NCBI GenBank assembly: GCA_042850255.1
Contig: AP031373.1
Span: 210,001-242,000 of the forward strand
Reading direction: 5' to 3'
From: Nanobdellota archaeon
Lineage (GTDB): Archaea; Nanobdellota; Nanobdellia; Nanobdellales; Nanobdellaceae
DNA length: 32,000 nucleotides
Shown one piece after another: positions 16,606-24,403 of the stretch. The notes under the pieces were generated by a model. It saw only the letters and a program-made list of their open reading frames with translations. It was not told the origin of the DNA and did not search any database. Made by a program: the position numbers and the translations under genes. Within the stretch, counting starts at the first letter, position 1. The number at the start of each line of letters is the position of its first letter.

Positions 16606-17416
16606 TTTTCCAACATATATTATAAAATAAACATTTTTTGCAATTTTCTTTATATACTTTTCCAGGATCTTTATTATTTTCTACCATATCCAATATTTTA
16701 TCCTTTATTTCCAATATTTTATCTATTTCCTTCTTATTTCTAAACTCTATTTCCTTTTTATAATTATCTTTTGCATATAACAAATATCCTTTTTCTATCT
16801 TATATTTTGGAAATTCATCTTTTAATAATAAATAATATGTATATAATTGAGTAATATGTTCCCTTCTAAAAAATCCTGATTTTATTTCATAAGGTATTAT
16901 AAATCCTTTATACATTTCTAATCTATCTACCCTTCCAATAATTCTATATTTTAATGATGTAACATCTAGTTCTGTCAATATTTTAGGTTCTAATTTATCC
17001 CATAATTCTATTCCATATAAATCATTATTTATCATAAAATCGTATACATTTTTTGCTCTTTCTTCTATATCCTTTATTACATAACTATATGATTTCATTT
17101 TTATTTCATTTATATCTAACTTTAAATCTTCTATATCTTCTTTAAAATTTTCTATTATATCTTCTATTATATCCATAACAAATTTATTATATAAATTTAG
17201 AATATATTCAAATCCCCTATTTTCCTTAATATTATATATTATTTCTCTTTCTTTTTCATTTATATTATCAAATATGGAATGAACTATAGATCCAAAAACC
17301 TTTTGTTCGGTAGTTTCCTCTTCATAACCTAAAACTCTCTTTAAATAAACTTTTCTAGGACAAAAAATATAATCAGTTATATCAGTTACCCTAACAAATT
17401 TACGATTAATATCCAC
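16589..17416 (-). CDS. cas4: Cas4-family (DUF83) PD-(D/E)XK nuclease with 4-Cys cluster, stand-alone
   Basis: It has an N-terminal Cys (YIFCPRKVYL), a RecB-type core (GRVDRL...IIPYEIKSG, i.e. D...ExK), QLYTYYLLL (QxxxY) and the C-terminal CKKCLFYNIC (C-x2-C-x5-C). Confidence 0.75.
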   Translation of the reverse strand: MDINRKFVRVTDITDYIFCPRKVYLKRVLGYEEETTEQKVFGSIVHSIFDNINEKEREIIYNIKENRGFEYILNLYNKFVMDIIEDIIENFKEDIEDLKLDINEIKMKSYSYVIKDIEERAKNVYDFMINNDLYGIELWDKLEPKILTELDVTSLKYRIIGRVDRLEMYKGFIIPYEIKSGFFRREHITQLYTYYLLLKDEFPKYKIEKGYLLYAKDNYKKEIEFRNKKEIDKILEIKDKILDMVENNKDPGKVYKENCKKCLFYNICWKNGDKN

Positions 17417-17456
17417 TTTATCTTATTCTTTTTAATATTTTTATAAATATAGTATA

Positions 17457-17795
17457 ATGGATATAAAAGAATTAATAAAAATACAAGAAAATTTTGAGAA
17501 AGAAGCTTTTCCAGGATTTTTAGATATTAAAAGTGAGGAAGATTTTTATAATAAATTATTATTTTTAGGCGTTGCATTATCTGGAGAAGTTGGAGAATTT
17601 AATAATTTAATAAAAAAATTATATAGAAGTAAGTTCTATAAAAAGGAGGATTTGGGAAATATTGATGAAAAAATAAGGGAAGAATTTATAGATGTATTTA
17701 TTTATTTGCTAACAATTGCTATATTATATAATATAGATATAGAAAAAGAATTCCTAAAAAAATTGGAAATAAACAAAAAAAGATTTATAAAATGA
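17457..17795 (+). CDS. MazG-like nucleoside triphosphate pyrophosphohydrolase
   Basis: It is an all-helical 112-aa protein with the metal-binding acidic motifs LSGEVGEFNNL and EEFIDVFIYLL (E-x2-E ... E-x2-D pattern). Confidence 0.65.
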   Translation: MDIKELIKIQENFEKEAFPGFLDIKSEEDFYNKLLFLGVALSGEVGEFNNLIKKLYRSKFYKKEDLGNIDEKIREEFIDVFIYLLTIAILYNIDIEKEFLKKLEINKKRFIK

Positions 17796-18292
17796 AGATA
17801 TTTATAACTGGAAAACCTGGAGTTGGAAAAACAACATTAATTAAAAAAATATATTCAAATTTTCCAGAAAAATTTTTTGGATTTTATACTGAAGAAATAA
17901 GAGAAAATAAAGAAAGAATAGGATTTAAAATAATAACTACTTGGGGAGAAGAATTATTATTAGCATCTAAAAATATAAGGACAGATTATAGAGTGAAAAA
18001 TTATTTTGTAATAAAAGAAAATATAGATATAGTTTCTGAAAAAATTTTAGAAAATATTAATATAAATAAAGTAATATTAATAGATGAAATAGGAAAAATG
18101 GAATTATATTCAGAGAAATTCAAAGAACTGGTAAATATAATAATAAATGATGAAAAAATAAATGTTTTAGCTACTATAAATTTATACTATTTGCCAATGG
18201 TGAAAAACAATTATATTTATTTAAAAAGAGAAGATTTCAATAAAATTTATAAAAAAATTGAAAGTATAATAAAAAATGGTAATAAAAATTAA
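17792..18292 (+). CDS. THEP1/MJ1559-family nucleoside-triphosphatase
   Basis: It has the P-loop MKIFITGKPGVGKTTLIKKI and Walker B ILIDEIGKMEL. It is about 166 aa and overlaps the MazG-like gene (ATGA). Confidence 0.8.
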   Translation: MKIFITGKPGVGKTTLIKKIYSNFPEKFFGFYTEEIRENKERIGFKIITTWGEELLLASKNIRTDYRVKNYFVIKENIDIVSEKILENININKVILIDEIGKMELYSEKFKELVNIIINDEKINVLATINLYYLPMVKNNYIYLKREDFNKIYKKIESIIKNGNKN

Positions 18293-18488
18293 AACTAATA
18301 AAGATTTATGTATAGGTTCTGCAGCTTGTGTGGCAGCATGTCCTGAGATATTTTATTTAGGAAATGATGGAAAAGTAGAAATAAAAACAGATACAGTTGA
18401 TGACAAAAAAGATCCTGATCTAGCAGAAAAGGTAAAAGAAGCTGCACAGTCTTGTCCAACAGGTGCGATAACACTTAATGAAAGTTAA
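18276..18488 (+). CDS. small single-cluster ferredoxin 1 (Ser at the second ligand position)
   Basis: The motif is CIGSAACVAACPEIF ... QSCPTGAI, i.e. C-x2-S-x2-C-x3-CP plus a distal CP. It is 70 aa. Confidence 0.8.
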   Translation: MVIKIKTNKDLCIGSAACVAACPEIFYLGNDGKVEIKTDTVDDKKDPDLAEKVKEAAQSCPTGAITLNES

Positions 18489-18687
18489 AGTAGAAGTAGA
18501 TAAGGAAACATGTATAGGTTGTGGAACCTGCATTGCCATAGCTCCCGAAATTTTTGATTTTGATTCAGATGGTAAATCTAAACCAAAAATTGATATTATT
18601 GATGATCCAAAAATGATAGAAAAAGTTAAAGATTCTGAAGCTGCATGCCCTACACATTCTATAAAAGTAACTGAAATAAGAGATTAA
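18478..18687 (+). CDS. small [4Fe-4S] single-cluster ferredoxin 2
   Basis: The motif is CIGCGTCIAIAPEIF ... AACPTHSI, i.e. C-x2-C-x2-C plus a distal CP. It is 69 aa. Confidence 0.85.
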   Translation: MKVKVEVDKETCIGCGTCIAIAPEIFDFDSDGKSKPKIDIIDDPKMIEKVKDSEAACPTHSIKVTEIRD

Positions 18688-18896
18688 TGAAATACATAGT
18701 AGATATAGATTACAAGAAATGTATTAATTGTTTTGCTTGTTATTTAATAAATAAAGATATATTTGGGGTAAAAAATGGAAAAATATATTTAAATAAAAAG
18801 GTTGTCGAAGATGAAAAGGAAATAAATGATGTAATTAATGCATCTAATGCTTGTCCTGTAAACGCTATATATTATGAAGAGTTGGAGGAAGATTAA
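18687..18896 (+). CDS. small [4Fe-4S] single-cluster ferredoxin 3
   Basis: The motif is CINCFACYLINKDIF ... NACPVNAI. It is 69 aa, and its start overlaps the previous stop (TAATG). Confidence 0.8.
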   Translation: MKYIVDIDYKKCINCFACYLINKDIFGVKNGKIYLNKKVVEDEKEINDVINASNACPVNAIYYEELEED

Positions 18897-18922
18897 TAAA
18901 TAACCATGTATCTTTTATATAT

Positions 18923-19513
18923 ATGGCATTTTATAATGTAATACTAAGTATATTAACTAATATAGGATTCTTTAATATAATATTACCTTTCCTACTTATA
19001 TATTCTATAATATATGGTTTACTTGCTAAATATCAATTAATAGGAAATCCTTATAAAGAAGATGCAGAAGGAAAAGCAACTAGAAGTTTAATATCAATGA
19101 TATCTGCTGCAGTAGGATTTTTGGTAGTAGGAGCTACAAATGTTGTTTTATCTATATTTAATTTAATTCCATATATTGTTTTATTTTTATTAACAGTATT
19201 TTTCTTATTGATTGCAATTGCTCCATTTGTAACAAATGAAAAGGGTATGAATTTACAAGGTAGAACTGGAAAAATATTATTGGGAGTATCAATAGTAATA
19301 TTCTTTATTGTAGTTGCATTTTCTTTAGGACTATTTAGTTATATAGCATCATTATCACATCATATATCAGTATCTTCATCATCTTTACAATATATAGAAC
19401 AAATAGTATACACAGTTTTAATACTGGGAGTACTATTTGGAGTAGTATACTGGGCTACAAAGCCTCCATCTAAGCAAAGTACAGGCCAACAAAGTCAATC
19501 TAATCAAAAATAA
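18923..19513 (+). CDS. 4-TM membrane protein, paralog 1 of a tandem triplet (unknown family)
   Basis: It has the conserved TM1 motif GFFNIILPFLLIYSIIYGLL, four predicted TM helices and the C-terminal W-A-T-K-P-P-S-K followed by a Q/S-rich tail. Confidence 0.6.
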   Translation: MAFYNVILSILTNIGFFNIILPFLLIYSIIYGLLAKYQLIGNPYKEDAEGKATRSLISMISAAVGFLVVGATNVVLSIFNLIPYIVLFLLTVFFLLIAIAPFVTNEKGMNLQGRTGKILLGVSIVIFFIVVAFSLGLFSYIASLSHHISVSSSSLQYIEQIVYTVLILGVLFGVVYWATKPPSKQSTGQQSQSNQK

Positions 19514-20082
19514 TGGTATATAATCTTACAAATATAATAACTAATGTAAATCTTACAAATACTTTTTACTCCTCTTTAACTCAATATGGTTTATTTGATG
19601 TAATTTTACCATTTTTATTAATATTTTCTCTTACATTTATGATAATAGAGTTATCTGGATTATTAAAAACTAGCAATGACGATGCAGTAGGAAGGAGATT
19701 AAGTGCTTTATTCTCTTTTTCATTTGCTCTATTAGCAATGGCAAATAAAAGTTTAATTAGTTGGTTATATTCTTTTATACCTCAAGCTTCGATATTAATA
19801 TTAGCATTCTTTTTATTGGCAATTGTAATGGGAATATCTGGAAAGGGAGTGCCAGGATATATAAGAGCTATATTGGGATTAATAGTAATTGGAATATTAC
19901 TTTGGTTGTCTATTAACGCACTAAAAATTGGAGGAAACGCTACACCAGCTACTGGCGCATTGTCATATGTATTAGATTACTTAATACAGTCGGGATTACT
20001 AGGAATATTAATAATAATACTAATATTAGTAATTGTAATGGCCTGGGCAGTAGGAGGTAAACAAGAACAAAATCAATCATAA
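19513..20082 (+). CDS. 4-TM membrane protein, paralog 2
   Basis: TM1 is GLFDVILPFLLIFSLTFMII. It has the same helix layout as paralog 1 and the C-terminal WAVGGKQEQNQS. Its start overlaps the previous stop (TAATG). Confidence 0.6.
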   Translation: MVYNLTNIITNVNLTNTFYSSLTQYGLFDVILPFLLIFSLTFMIIELSGLLKTSNDDAVGRRLSALFSFSFALLAMANKSLISWLYSFIPQASILILAFFLLAIVMGISGKGVPGYIRAILGLIVIGILLWLSINALKIGGNATPATGALSYVLDYLIQSGLLGILIIILILVIVMAWAVGGKQEQNQS

Positions 20083-20083
20083 A

Positions 20084-20752
20084 ATGGACCCAACATCTTT
20101 ATTATATACATTATTTTCCGAATATGGAGTATTTACAATAATTGCTCCATTTTTATTAATATTTTCCTTAACTTATGGTTTATTGAGAAAAACTAATTTA
20201 TTTGGAAGAGATAACCCAACAAAAGAAAAACTTTATGGTATAATATCGTTTGCTATTTCTTTCTATTATATATATAAATTAAGCGATGTAATATTTACTC
20301 AGGATTTCATATCCTTCTTCTTCTTTGAAGTATTAGTATTATTCTTCCTATTAATGGTTATTGCATTATTAGTAGCTATGGGAAAAGGTTTAGATATAGA
20401 AGTAAAAGATGATGAAAAATCTATATTTGAAAATTATAAGAAAACTGGACAAAATGCATTTGTAGGCTTCTTAGGTTTATTGGTATTATTTGCATTTATG
20501 TATGCATCTTCGTTTTCATTTACATCATTTGGAAATCAATCTATGGGTATTATTTCACAAATATTTACTATATTAATAGAGACAGGATTATTACCTATAA
20601 TCATAATTATAGGAATATTATTAGGTGTAATCTCTTGGGTTACTAGGCCTCCAAAGAAATCCAATGTTGGTAAAAAAGCTAAACTTTGGATGTTTACTCC
20701 AGAAGCTACATTAGAGGATATAGTTAAAGAATTTTCTAAACTGAATAAATAA
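20084..20752 (+). CDS. 4-TM membrane protein, paralog 3
   Basis: TM1 is GVFTIIAPFLLIFSLTYGLL. The C-terminal motif is WVTRPPKKSN, with an extra roughly 30-aa tail. Confidence 0.6.
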   Translation: MDPTSLLYTLFSEYGVFTIIAPFLLIFSLTYGLLRKTNLFGRDNPTKEKLYGIISFAISFYYIYKLSDVIFTQDFISFFFFEVLVLFFLLMVIALLVAMGKGLDIEVKDDEKSIFENYKKTGQNAFVGFLGLLVLFAFMYASSFSFTSFGNQSMGIISQIFTILIETGLLPIIIIIGILLGVISWVTRPPKKSNVGKKAKLWMFTPEATLEDIVKEFSKLNK

Positions 20753-20793
20753 AATAAAATTACAATTATAAACTATTTTTTATAATTATATTT

Positions 20794-21900
20794 ATGGTTG
20801 TATTTGTTACACATGATAAGGAGATAAAAGATATTGTAAAGTATATTGAACAAGGAGAAGATATAATAGTAACAGATAATAAGGGGAAATATTTAGGGAT
20901 ATTACAAAATGATAGAGCAATTAGGTATTTACATAGACCTGAAACCAAAATAGAAAAAATAATGATAAAATTGAAACCTTTAAAGAATTATGATATTATC
21001 GAAATTATTGAAAAAATTATAAATTCAAATTTAAGATCTGTAGTAATAAAAGAAGATGATAAAATAGAATTTGTTAATATTTTTGATATATTAAATAATA
21101 TAATAGAAGATAAAGATATATTAAAAAAATTAAATATTGAAGAAGTAATGAATCCTGTTTATACCATTGAAGAAAAAGAGAGTGTTAAAAAAGCAATAGG
21201 ATTAATGAAGGATAAAGGTATATCTAGGTTAGTAATTGTTAATGAAAAAGGAGAAGCTGTAGGAATATTATCATTATCAGATATAATTAGAAGCATATTA
21301 ATAGAAGATAATGAAAAAATAAGAACCCCAAAAGAAGAGTATTTTGATGTAGAAGTAAGATCTATAATGAGTAATAAGCTAATATTTATAAATAAAGGGG
21401 AAAGTATAGAAAATTTAATTAAATTAATGATAAATAACAAAGTATTTGCAATACCTGTATTAGATAAGGGAAAACCAATAGGTATAATAACTGCTAAAGA
21501 TATATTAATACATTATTTACAATATAAAAAGGAAAAAGTTTATAACTTAGTAGTTCATGGTGTTCCCTTAGATGAAATAGATGAAGGTTATATAAAAAAT
21601 AAATATGAAGAATTTTATAAAAAGTATAAAAATGTATTAGGAGAAAACATAAGATTAATATTACACGTTAAAAAAATAAATGAGGATATTAAGAATAAAA
21701 AAATATACTATCAAATAAAAGCAAAATTAATAACTGATAAAGGAAAATTTAATGTAGATGAACATGGATATGATTTTTATTCTACAATAAGAGATATATT
21801 TGAAATATTATCAAATGAAGCAGAGAAAGTAAAACATAAAAATGAGAGAGAATATATGATGGAAAGTATGTTTAAAAATGATATAATAAAATACATATAA
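20794..21900 (+). CDS. four-CBS-domain protein with C-terminal HPF/RaiA(S30AE)-like domain
   Basis: CBS signatures include GISRLVIVNEKGEAVGILSLSDIIRS and VFAIPVLDKGKPIGIITAKDILIH, plus two weaker N-terminal CBS units. The C-terminal roughly 115 aa (from VYNLVVHGVPLDEIDEGYIKNKYEEFYKKY ... IRLILHVKK ... YYQIKAKLITDKGKFNVDEHGYDFYSTIRDIFEILSNEAEKVKHKNER) follow the beta-alpha-beta-beta-beta-alpha residue pattern of E. coli HPF as I recall it. The CBS part is secure; the HPF-like part is about 0.55. Confidence 0.75.
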   Translation: MVVFVTHDKEIKDIVKYIEQGEDIIVTDNKGKYLGILQNDRAIRYLHRPETKIEKIMIKLKPLKNYDIIEIIEKIINSNLRSVVIKEDDKIEFVNIFDILNNIIEDKDILKKLNIEEVMNPVYTIEEKESVKKAIGLMKDKGISRLVIVNEKGEAVGILSLSDIIRSILIEDNEKIRTPKEEYFDVEVRSIMSNKLIFINKGESIENLIKLMINNKVFAIPVLDKGKPIGIITAKDILIHYLQYKKEKVYNLVVHGVPLDEIDEGYIKNKYEEFYKKYKNVLGENIRLILHVKKINEDIKNKKIYYQIKAKLITDKGKFNVDEHGYDFYSTIRDIFEILSNEAEKVKHKNEREYMMESMFKNDIIKYI

Positions 21901-21902
21901 TA

Positions 21903-22523
21903 ATGATAATAGTACCTGGAGATTTTGTTAAAACAAAAGACGAAAATGTATATGAAAATAATGGAGAATATCATTCAAAATATATAGGATTATTAGAGGA
22001 AAGTAAAAATAAAATAACAAAATTATTTGGATATTATATACCAAAACTAAACGATATAGTAATAGGAAAAGTAATAGATGTATTACCTATAGGATGGTTA
22101 ATAGATATAAATTCTCCATATTTAGGATCCTTATTATTAAAAGATATGAATATGGAAAATGTAGATCCAAATGATTTATATACATATGAAGATTATATTT
22201 TATGCCAAATAATAAAAATAACAAAAAATAAAATAATAAATTTGGGAATAAAGAAAAAAGAAAAACTAAATGATGGATTAATAATAGATATAGATCCTGT
22301 AAAAGTACCTAGAATAATAGGAAAAAATTCTTCTATGTTAAATATGTTAAAAGAATTATTGAAAGTTAAAATAATTGTTGGACAAAATGGGAGGATATAT
22401 ATAAATGGAGATGAGGTAAATGTATTAAGAACAGTAAATGCTATAAAATTTATTGAGGAAAATTCTTATAAAAAAGGTTTGACTGAAAAGGTTAAAGAGA
22501 TGATTGAGAAAAATATAATATGA
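21903..22523 (+). CDS. rrp4: exosome RNA-binding cap subunit Rrp4 (S1 + KH)
   Basis: The S1-like segment is IVIGKVIDVLPIGWLIDINSPYLGSLLL. The KH segment is VPRIIGKNSSMLNMLKELLKVKIIVGQNGRIYING. It lies directly upstream of, and overlapping, rrp41. Confidence 0.8.
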   Translation: MIIVPGDFVKTKDENVYENNGEYHSKYIGLLEESKNKITKLFGYYIPKLNDIVIGKVIDVLPIGWLIDINSPYLGSLLLKDMNMENVDPNDLYTYEDYILCQIIKITKNKIINLGIKKKEKLNDGLIIDIDPVKVPRIIGKNSSMLNMLKELLKVKIIVGQNGRIYINGDEVNVLRTVNAIKFIEENSYKKGLTEKVKEMIEKNII

Positions 22524-23263
22524 GATTTGACGGAAGAGAATATAATCAAATAAGAAAAATAGATATAAAGTTAAATGTAATAGAAAATGCAAAAGGATCT
22601 GCAATATTTTCATTTGGAGATACGGTTGCATTAGCTGCAGTATATGGACCAAAACCTTCAAAGATGTCTATAGATTATGATAAGGCATTTTTAAGAGTTA
22701 GATATAATATGCTAACATTTTCTGTTCCAGAAAGGAAAAAACCCGTACCTGGAAGAAGAGAAATAGAATTATCTGAGGTAATAAAAAGAGCGTTAGAACC
22801 TGCATTATTTTTGGAAGAATTACCTGGAAGTATTATTGATATATATGTAGAAATATTAAATGCTGATGCGGGAACAAGAACTGCAAGTATCAATGCTTCA
22901 TCTCTAGCATTAGCATTAGCAGGAATTCCAATGAAAGATTTAGTTACTGCAGTTGCTGTAGGTAAAATTGGACAAAGAATTGTAGTAGATTTAAATAAAA
23001 ATGAAGAAGATTATGACTCAGAAAAGTTAAAAAATGATCCTGAAAAGAAAAAATATATAGAATATTATGGAGAAGGAAGAGCCACAGATATACCTGTCGC
23101 AGTAATACCTTCTGAAAAAAGATTTACCTCTATACAATTAGATGGAGAAATATCTAAGAATGAATTAAGAGAAGCATTGACTCTAGGTTTAGAAAAATGT
23201 ATAGAAATAAGGAATATAATGAAAAAACATTTATTGGAATATTTTTCTATAAATAAATTATAA
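22520..23263 (+). CDS. rrp41: exosome RNase PH-like catalytic subunit Rrp41
   Basis: It has RFDGREYNQIRKI, GSAIFSFGDTVALAAVYGP, ADAGTRTASINASSLALALAGIP and DIPVAV. It is 247 aa. Confidence 0.85.
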   Translation: MRFDGREYNQIRKIDIKLNVIENAKGSAIFSFGDTVALAAVYGPKPSKMSIDYDKAFLRVRYNMLTFSVPERKKPVPGRREIELSEVIKRALEPALFLEELPGSIIDIYVEILNADAGTRTASINASSLALALAGIPMKDLVTAVAVGKIGQRIVVDLNKNEEDYDSEKLKNDPEKKKYIEYYGEGRATDIPVAVIPSEKRFTSIQLDGEISKNELREALTLGLEKCIEIRNIMKKHLLEYFSINKL

Positions 23264-23314
23264 AATTTTTAATTAAACAAAAATTTTTAAATACCAGAAA
23301 ACTTAACCAATAAT

Positions 23315-24343
23315 ATGAAATCTTTATTTGGATTTGGAAAACCTAAAAATGATTATAATAATATTAGAGAAGGATATATAAAAATTATAGACGAAACAGA
23401 AAAAGAATATTATAAAAAATTGAAAGAAATAGTAAATACTTTGGAAAAAATAAATAAAGATATGAAAAAAGCAAAGGATCCAAATGAATTAATAGAAATG
23501 TTTAAGAAGCATAAGTGGAGAATAAATGCTAGAGGTTGGCAAATTAGATTTGGATTCGAAAAAATTCAAAAAGCAATAAATGAATTAGAAAGAATAAAAA
23601 GCTCTTTAAATCAAAATGATCCATTAATATATGAAATTGATAGAAATATAAATAGACTTAGATCTCGCAATGAACAATTTGCAAGATTGGAAGAAAATAT
23701 AAAAAAATTATTTGTTATTTTAGATAGGGGTATTAATATTAATCCAAATGAAATGGTCGGTATACTTGAGAATATAAAAAATGAAGCAATTATGTTGGAA
23801 AGGTTAGAAACTTCTGGAGATCTTCTACTTAGAAAAAAGGATAAAAAACTAAGAGAAACTACTGAAAAACTTATAAAAACTACCAGGAACTTAGCATATG
23901 TTATACACACCATGTTAACTAGAAATCCATCATTAACAATTGAAAAGAATATAATAGGAAAAACTAATAAATTGCAAAAACTAATAAAAATTTTAGATGA
24001 TATAAAGAATTCCATAAAGGATATTTCAAAATATATAAATAATCAGGAAATATTAAAAGATTTAAATAGTATAGGAACAGAAGTTGATATTATAAAACGA
24101 TCTATCGACAATATATACAGAAATTATAAAAATATTCCAAATTTAAATGATCAATTAAAAAGTATTATAAATATCACCAAAAAAATATCGAATATTATAG
24201 ATAAAGAATTAATTCCAAAAATTGAAGAATATAAAGGTGGCTATGATATAATAGATAAAATAAATAATGAGATAAAAAAACCTCTTAATAACATAGAAAA
24301 AGAAATAAATTTAATTATTAGAGTTTATTCTAAGGAGTCGTAA
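23315..24343 (+). CDS. soluble long-helical (coiled-coil) protein, member of a 3-gene paralogous cluster
   Basis: It has no TM segment and is K/E/N/I-rich with heptad-like sequence. The N-terminus is MKSLFGFGKPK. The segment QKLIKILDDIKNSIKDISKYI is shared with the next two genes. Confidence 0.6.
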   Translation: MKSLFGFGKPKNDYNNIREGYIKIIDETEKEYYKKLKEIVNTLEKINKDMKKAKDPNELIEMFKKHKWRINARGWQIRFGFEKIQKAINELERIKSSLNQNDPLIYEIDRNINRLRSRNEQFARLEENIKKLFVILDRGININPNEMVGILENIKNEAIMLERLETSGDLLLRKKDKKLRETTEKLIKTTRNLAYVIHTMLTRNPSLTIEKNIIGKTNKLQKLIKILDDIKNSIKDISKYINNQEILKDLNSIGTEVDIIKRSIDNIYRNYKNIPNLNDQLKSIINITKKISNIIDKELIPKIEEYKGGYDIIDKINNEIKKPLNNIEKEINLIIRVYSKES

Positions 24344-24403
24344 TCCCTTATTTTTATTACCAATTTTAAAACTTTATAATTTACAAGATTTTTTATATTA
24401 ATT

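Noticed and set aside
15829-17416. Possible CRISPR-Cas locus because of the Cas4-family gene
   Set aside because: I saw no direct repeats or spacer array anywhere in the window, and there are no cas1/cas2 or effector genes. I treat it as a stand-alone Cas4-like nuclease.
23611-24015. 134-aa minus-strand ORF, and similar antisense ORFs (2464-2652, 3216-3416, 3624-3809, 12561-12830, 20766-20948, 21159-21440, 21777-21974, 22425-22661, 22675-22893, 24469-24750, 25501-25683, 27277-27522)
   Set aside because: Each is fully embedded antisense in a longer ORF with recognisable motifs or coherent membrane/coiled-coil architecture. Their F/L/I/S-rich composition is what is expected from the reverse complement of K/E/N-rich coding sequence.
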